From Promethearchaeati archaeon (lineage in GTDB: Archaea > Asgardarchaeota > Heimdallarchaeia > JABLTI01): a stretch of 37,187 bases of DNA. Positions 33,802 to 37,187 of the stretch are shown piece by piece. Numbering within the stretch: position 1 is the first letter of the stretch; each line of letters opens with the position of its first letter. A program made the position numbers and the translations under genes. The notes under the pieces were generated by a model, which was not told the DNA's origin, searched no databases, and was given only the letters and a program-made list of their open reading frames with translations. Location: the NCBI GenBank assembly GCA_013166835.1, contig JABLTI010000017.1:1-37187 (forward strand). The letters run 5' to 3'.

Positions 33802-34209
33802 ATGAAAGAGGTTGACCAAATGAAACTTGATGAGAATGCTAAATATACAAAAACTCATGAATGGGCAAGAAAAGAAGACGATGTTATTGTTATTGGAATT
33901 TCTGATTTCGCTCAGGGTTTGCTAAAAGATATTGTTTATGTTGAGTTGCCTACAGAAGGCACTACATTCCAAAAAGGAGATAAAACTGCAGATATTGAGT
34001 CCGTTAAAGCAGTTGAAGAACTAAAAACACCAGTTGCAGGGGAAATCGTAGCTGTGAATAGTGTTCTCGAAGATTCTGCAGAATCTATAAACGAAGATCC
34101 ATTTGGCGAAGGATGGTTTATAAAAATTAAGCCAAGTAATCCAGCAGAATTAGATGAATTAATGTCTCCTGAGGAATACGAAGAGTATGTGGAAACTCTC
34201 GATCATTAA
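33802..34209 (+). CDS. gcvH: Glycine cleavage system H protein
   Basis: YTKTHEW, GISDFAQ, IESVKA lipoyl-lysine motif and INEDPFGEGW. Confidence 0.96.
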   Translation: MKEVDQMKLDENAKYTKTHEWARKEDDVIVIGISDFAQGLLKDIVYVELPTEGTTFQKGDKTADIESVKAVEELKTPVAGEIVAVNSVLEDSAESINEDPFGEGWFIKIKPSNPAELDELMSPEEYEEYVETLDH

Positions 34210-34233
34210 ATTAACTGGAGTACTGATCTTTTC

Positions 34234-35616
34234 ATGAATACTGAAAATGAAGGATCAGCAAACGACATTCAGAAGGAAATGGAGAAATTCCTTGGAATAG
34301 AAAGTGTAGACGAATTATTCAAGGATATTCCAGGTTCTGTTCGTTTAAAAAATCCTCTCAAACTTCTTGGACCAATGTCCGAAAGAGATTTGTCAATATA
34401 CATTGATAAAATTCTCGCTTTAAATAAACCAGTAGTTTCTTTTCTGGGTGGTGGAGCACAAGACCACTATATCCCGGCAATAGTACAAGAAGTTATCACA
34501 AAACCAGAATTACTCAATGCATATACTCCATATCAACCTGAAGTAGCTCAAGGCATGTTACAAGGAATGTTTGAATTCCAAAGTTTAATCAGTGAAATAA
34601 CTGGCCTAAATGTAACTAATTCCTCAATGTACGATTGGGCTACAGCTATTGGAGAAGCTCTTTTGATGTCAGTCAGAATCATGAAGAAACGACAAAAGGT
34701 TTTGATTTCAAAAAGCATTCATCCTGATAGACTATCAGTTATCAAGAATTATTTAGCAGGACCACAGGTTGAGTATGAAATGGTGAATTTCGATTCAGAA
34801 ACAGGGGAAGTCGATTTAGCTGATCTAAAAAAGAAATTAACTGAAGATATTGCTGCTTTCTATTTTGAAAATCCAAACAGCTTTGGTGTAATTGAAAGTA
34901 AAGCAGAGGAAATCTGCACTCAAGTACATGAAGTCGAAGCAAAAGCAGTTGTTGGTGTAGATCCTATCTCATTAGGAATAATGAAACCACCAGGGAAATA
35001 TGGTGCAGATATCGCGGTTGGTGAAGGGCAAGGTTTAGGCACTCCCATCAGTTTTGGTGGACCTCACTTTGGATTTTTCTCCACAAATTATAATCCTAAA
35101 ACAATACGACAAATGCCCGGAAGACTCGTTGGGTTAACAAAAACCCAAGATGGAAAACAGAGAGCCTATGTCTTAACACTATCAACACGTGAACAACACA
35201 TACGAAGAGAACGAGCAACCAGTAATATTTGTACGAATCAAGCTATCCTAGCATTTGGTGCTGGGGTGTATTTATCGCTATTAGGTCCTGATGGCTTAAA
35301 GAAAACAGCGGATTATTGTATTTCAGCTGCAAATTACCTTGCCAGCAAGATAAATGAGCTTGAACATTTTGATGCTCCAATATTTACAGGAGCACATTAC
35401 AATGAATTTATCGTTCGGGTTAAGAAAGGAACAATGGCGAAACTAGAAACAAAACTCATTGAACAGGGTTTTGTTGGAGGATACACACTTGAAAAGTGTC
35501 ATCCAGAATTTGGTGAAACAGCAATATTCTGTGTCACTGAAATGCATACTATGGATGAATTGAGTAAACTCTTGGAAGTGCTAAGTGTGTATGATAAAGA
35601 ATTAGGAGGAAAATAA
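34234..35616 (+). CDS. gcvPA: Glycine dehydrogenase (decarboxylating) subunit 1
   Basis: [26 protein letters not shown] and [19 protein letters not shown]. Confidence 0.96.
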   Translation: MNTENEGSANDIQKEMEKFLGIESVDELFKDIPGSVRLKNPLKLLGPMSERDLSIYIDKILALNKPVVSFLGGGAQDHYIPAIVQEVITKPELLNAYTPYQPEVAQGMLQGMFEFQSLISEITGLNVTNSSMYDWATAIGEALLMSVRIMKKRQKVLISKSIHPDRLSVIKNYLAGPQVEYEMVNFDSETGEVDLADLKKKLTEDIAAFYFENPNSFGVIESKAEEICTQVHEVEAKAVVGVDPISLGIMKPPGKYGADIAVGEGQGLGTPISFGGPHFGFFSTNYNPKTIRQMPGRLVGLTKTQDGKQRAYVLTLSTREQHIRRERATSNICTNQAILAFGAGVYLSLLGPDGLKKTADYCISAANYLASKINELEHFDAPIFTGAHYNEFIVRVKKGTMAKLETKLIEQGFVGGYTLEKCHPEFGETAIFCVTEMHTMDELSKLLEVLSVYDKELGGK

Positions 35617-35617
35617 A

Positions 35618-37159
35618 ATGCCAGAAGAAAAAACAACTACACTTGCATTTTACAAAGAACCTTTAGTTTTTGAATTAGAAGAAACAAAATATGAGAGATA
35701 TTCTCCTCCTAGCATTCCTAAAGAAATCAAGAAATCGGTGAAAAAACCGCTTGCATTAATTCCTAAGGAAATGCAAAGAACTGATCCTCCTAACTTGCCT
35801 AAATTAGCAGAATTCCAATTAGCTAGACATTACTTACATTTAGCACAAATGAATTTCACCGTGGATAGTGGGTTTTATCCACTTGGGAGTTGTACAATGA
35901 AATACAATCCAAAAATAAATGATTTCATTTCCACTGACAAACGCGTAGCTATAGCACATCCATTCCAACCTGCAAGAACTGTACAAGGTAATATTAGAAT
36001 ACTTTACGAAACCGAGCAAATGCTTAACGAATTAGCAGGAATGACAAGGACAACATTGCAACCATCTGCCGGAGCACACGGAGAATTAACAGGGATAATG
36101 GTAATTCGTGCATATCATATCGATAAAGGAGAAGGAGAAACAAGAACAGAAGTTATCATCCCAGATAGTGCTCATGGAACAAATCCCGCAACATCAGCAA
36201 TGGCAGGATACAAAACAGTAGTAATCAAATCAAAGAAAAACGGTTTAGTGGATCTCGAAGCTCTGAAAGCAGCAGTTAGTGAAAAAACTGCAGCACTTAT
36301 GCTTACAAATCCAAATACCTTAGGATTATTCGAAGAAGAAATTATTGAAATAGCAAAAATAGTTCATGATGTTGGGGGATTGCTGTATTATGATGGAGCT
36401 AACTTCAATGCAATAATGGGTATTTGTCGACCTGGTGATATGGGATTTGATGCAATTCATTTCAACCTACACAAAACCTTTGGTACTCCTCACGGAGGGG
36501 GAGGACCTGGTTCTGGTCCAGTAGGTGTTGTTGAAAAGCTTGTACCATATCTGCCAAAACCATTGCCTGAATTCAGCAAGAAAACTGGCAAATATTATTT
36601 GAATTTCGACATACCAAAATCGATCGGAAAAATCAAAGGCTTCTGGGGTAATTATAGCGTAATTGTCAGAGCATATGCTTATATGCTTTCGTTAGGAGCT
36701 GAAGGACTTAAGCGAGTATCAGAACAAGCTGTTCTAAATGCTAATTATCTCAAGAAAAAGCTATTAGATTTAGGTGGCTGGGATTTGCCTTTCGCACCTG
36801 AAATTCCACGAAAACACGAATTCGTTTTAGATGGGGAAGAACTCAAGAAAGAAACTGGTATATCCACACTAGATGTTGCTAAAAGACTTCTAGATCTTGG
36901 TTATCATGCGCCGACTATCTATTTCCCATTAATAGTTCATGAAGCACTTATGGTTGAACCAACAGAAACTGAAACAAAACAAACTTTAGATGACTTCACA
37001 GATGCAATGAAACAGATCTTGAAAGAAAGCAAAGAAAATCCTGAAATTGTTCTTAGCGCTCCACAAAATACTCCCGTTGGTCGAATTGATGAAGTCTTAG
37101 CAGCGAAAGAACCAATTCTGACTTGGCGAATGTTGAAACAGAAGGAAGAAGAGAAGTAA
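35618..37159 (+). CDS. gcvPB: Glycine dehydrogenase (decarboxylating) subunit 2
   Basis: [38 protein letters not shown] (PLP lysine) and MVEPTETE. Confidence 0.96.
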   Translation: MPEEKTTTLAFYKEPLVFELEETKYERYSPPSIPKEIKKSVKKPLALIPKEMQRTDPPNLPKLAEFQLARHYLHLAQMNFTVDSGFYPLGSCTMKYNPKINDFISTDKRVAIAHPFQPARTVQGNIRILYETEQMLNELAGMTRTTLQPSAGAHGELTGIMVIRAYHIDKGEGETRTEVIIPDSAHGTNPATSAMAGYKTVVIKSKKNGLVDLEALKAAVSEKTAALMLTNPNTLGLFEEEIIEIAKIVHDVGGLLYYDGANFNAIMGICRPGDMGFDAIHFNLHKTFGTPHGGGGPGSGPVGVVEKLVPYLPKPLPEFSKKTGKYYLNFDIPKSIGKIKGFWGNYSVIVRAYAYMLSLGAEGLKRVSEQAVLNANYLKKKLLDLGGWDLPFAPEIPRKHEFVLDGEELKKETGISTLDVAKRLLDLGYHAPTIYFPLIVHEALMVEPTETETKQTLDDFTDAMKQILKESKENPEIVLSAPQNTPVGRIDEVLAAKEPILTWRMLKQKEEEK

Positions 37160-37187
37160 TTCACTTCTCATTCACTTATTTTTTTAT

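Noticed and set aside
860-37159. Stop-codon reassignment
   Set aside because: TAA, TAG and TGA each terminate full-length conserved genes, and no interrupted genes were seen.

Overview
AT-rich archaeal chromosomal window. Gene content suggests an Asgard (Heimdallarchaeia-like) archaeon; this is inferred from aRF1, SecY/Sec61alpha, PolD DP1, DGGGP synthase, archease, a very eukaryote-like GTPBP1 and BHB-type tRNA introns. It is mostly housekeeping DNA: translation, secretion, replication, lipid synthesis, pterin/C1 metabolism (npdG, mptA, folP, dmrX-like, DHPS-like, gcvH/PA/PB), a GH3+MFS sugar module and a MoxR-VWA pair. It has three CCA-encoding tRNA genes. No transposase, integrase, CRISPR array or att duplication was seen. 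The most unusual signals are mostly outside the protein annotation: (1) a tRNA-Leu(CAA) with two BHB introns, one at D-loop position 14/15; (2) an unannotated ~150-nt multi-helix RNA candidate (14120-14271) behind a TATA-like box and two palindromic 19-bp repeats; (3) a second GC-rich stem-loop RNA candidate with Y-RNA-like architecture just upstream of archease (19671-19808); (4) an abrupt switch to NCG/CGG/CTG codons in the 3' half of secY. Also notable are a TrxR lacking NADPH-binding motifs, a tandem degenerate MazG-like protein and a tRNA-Ser with an A73 discriminator.
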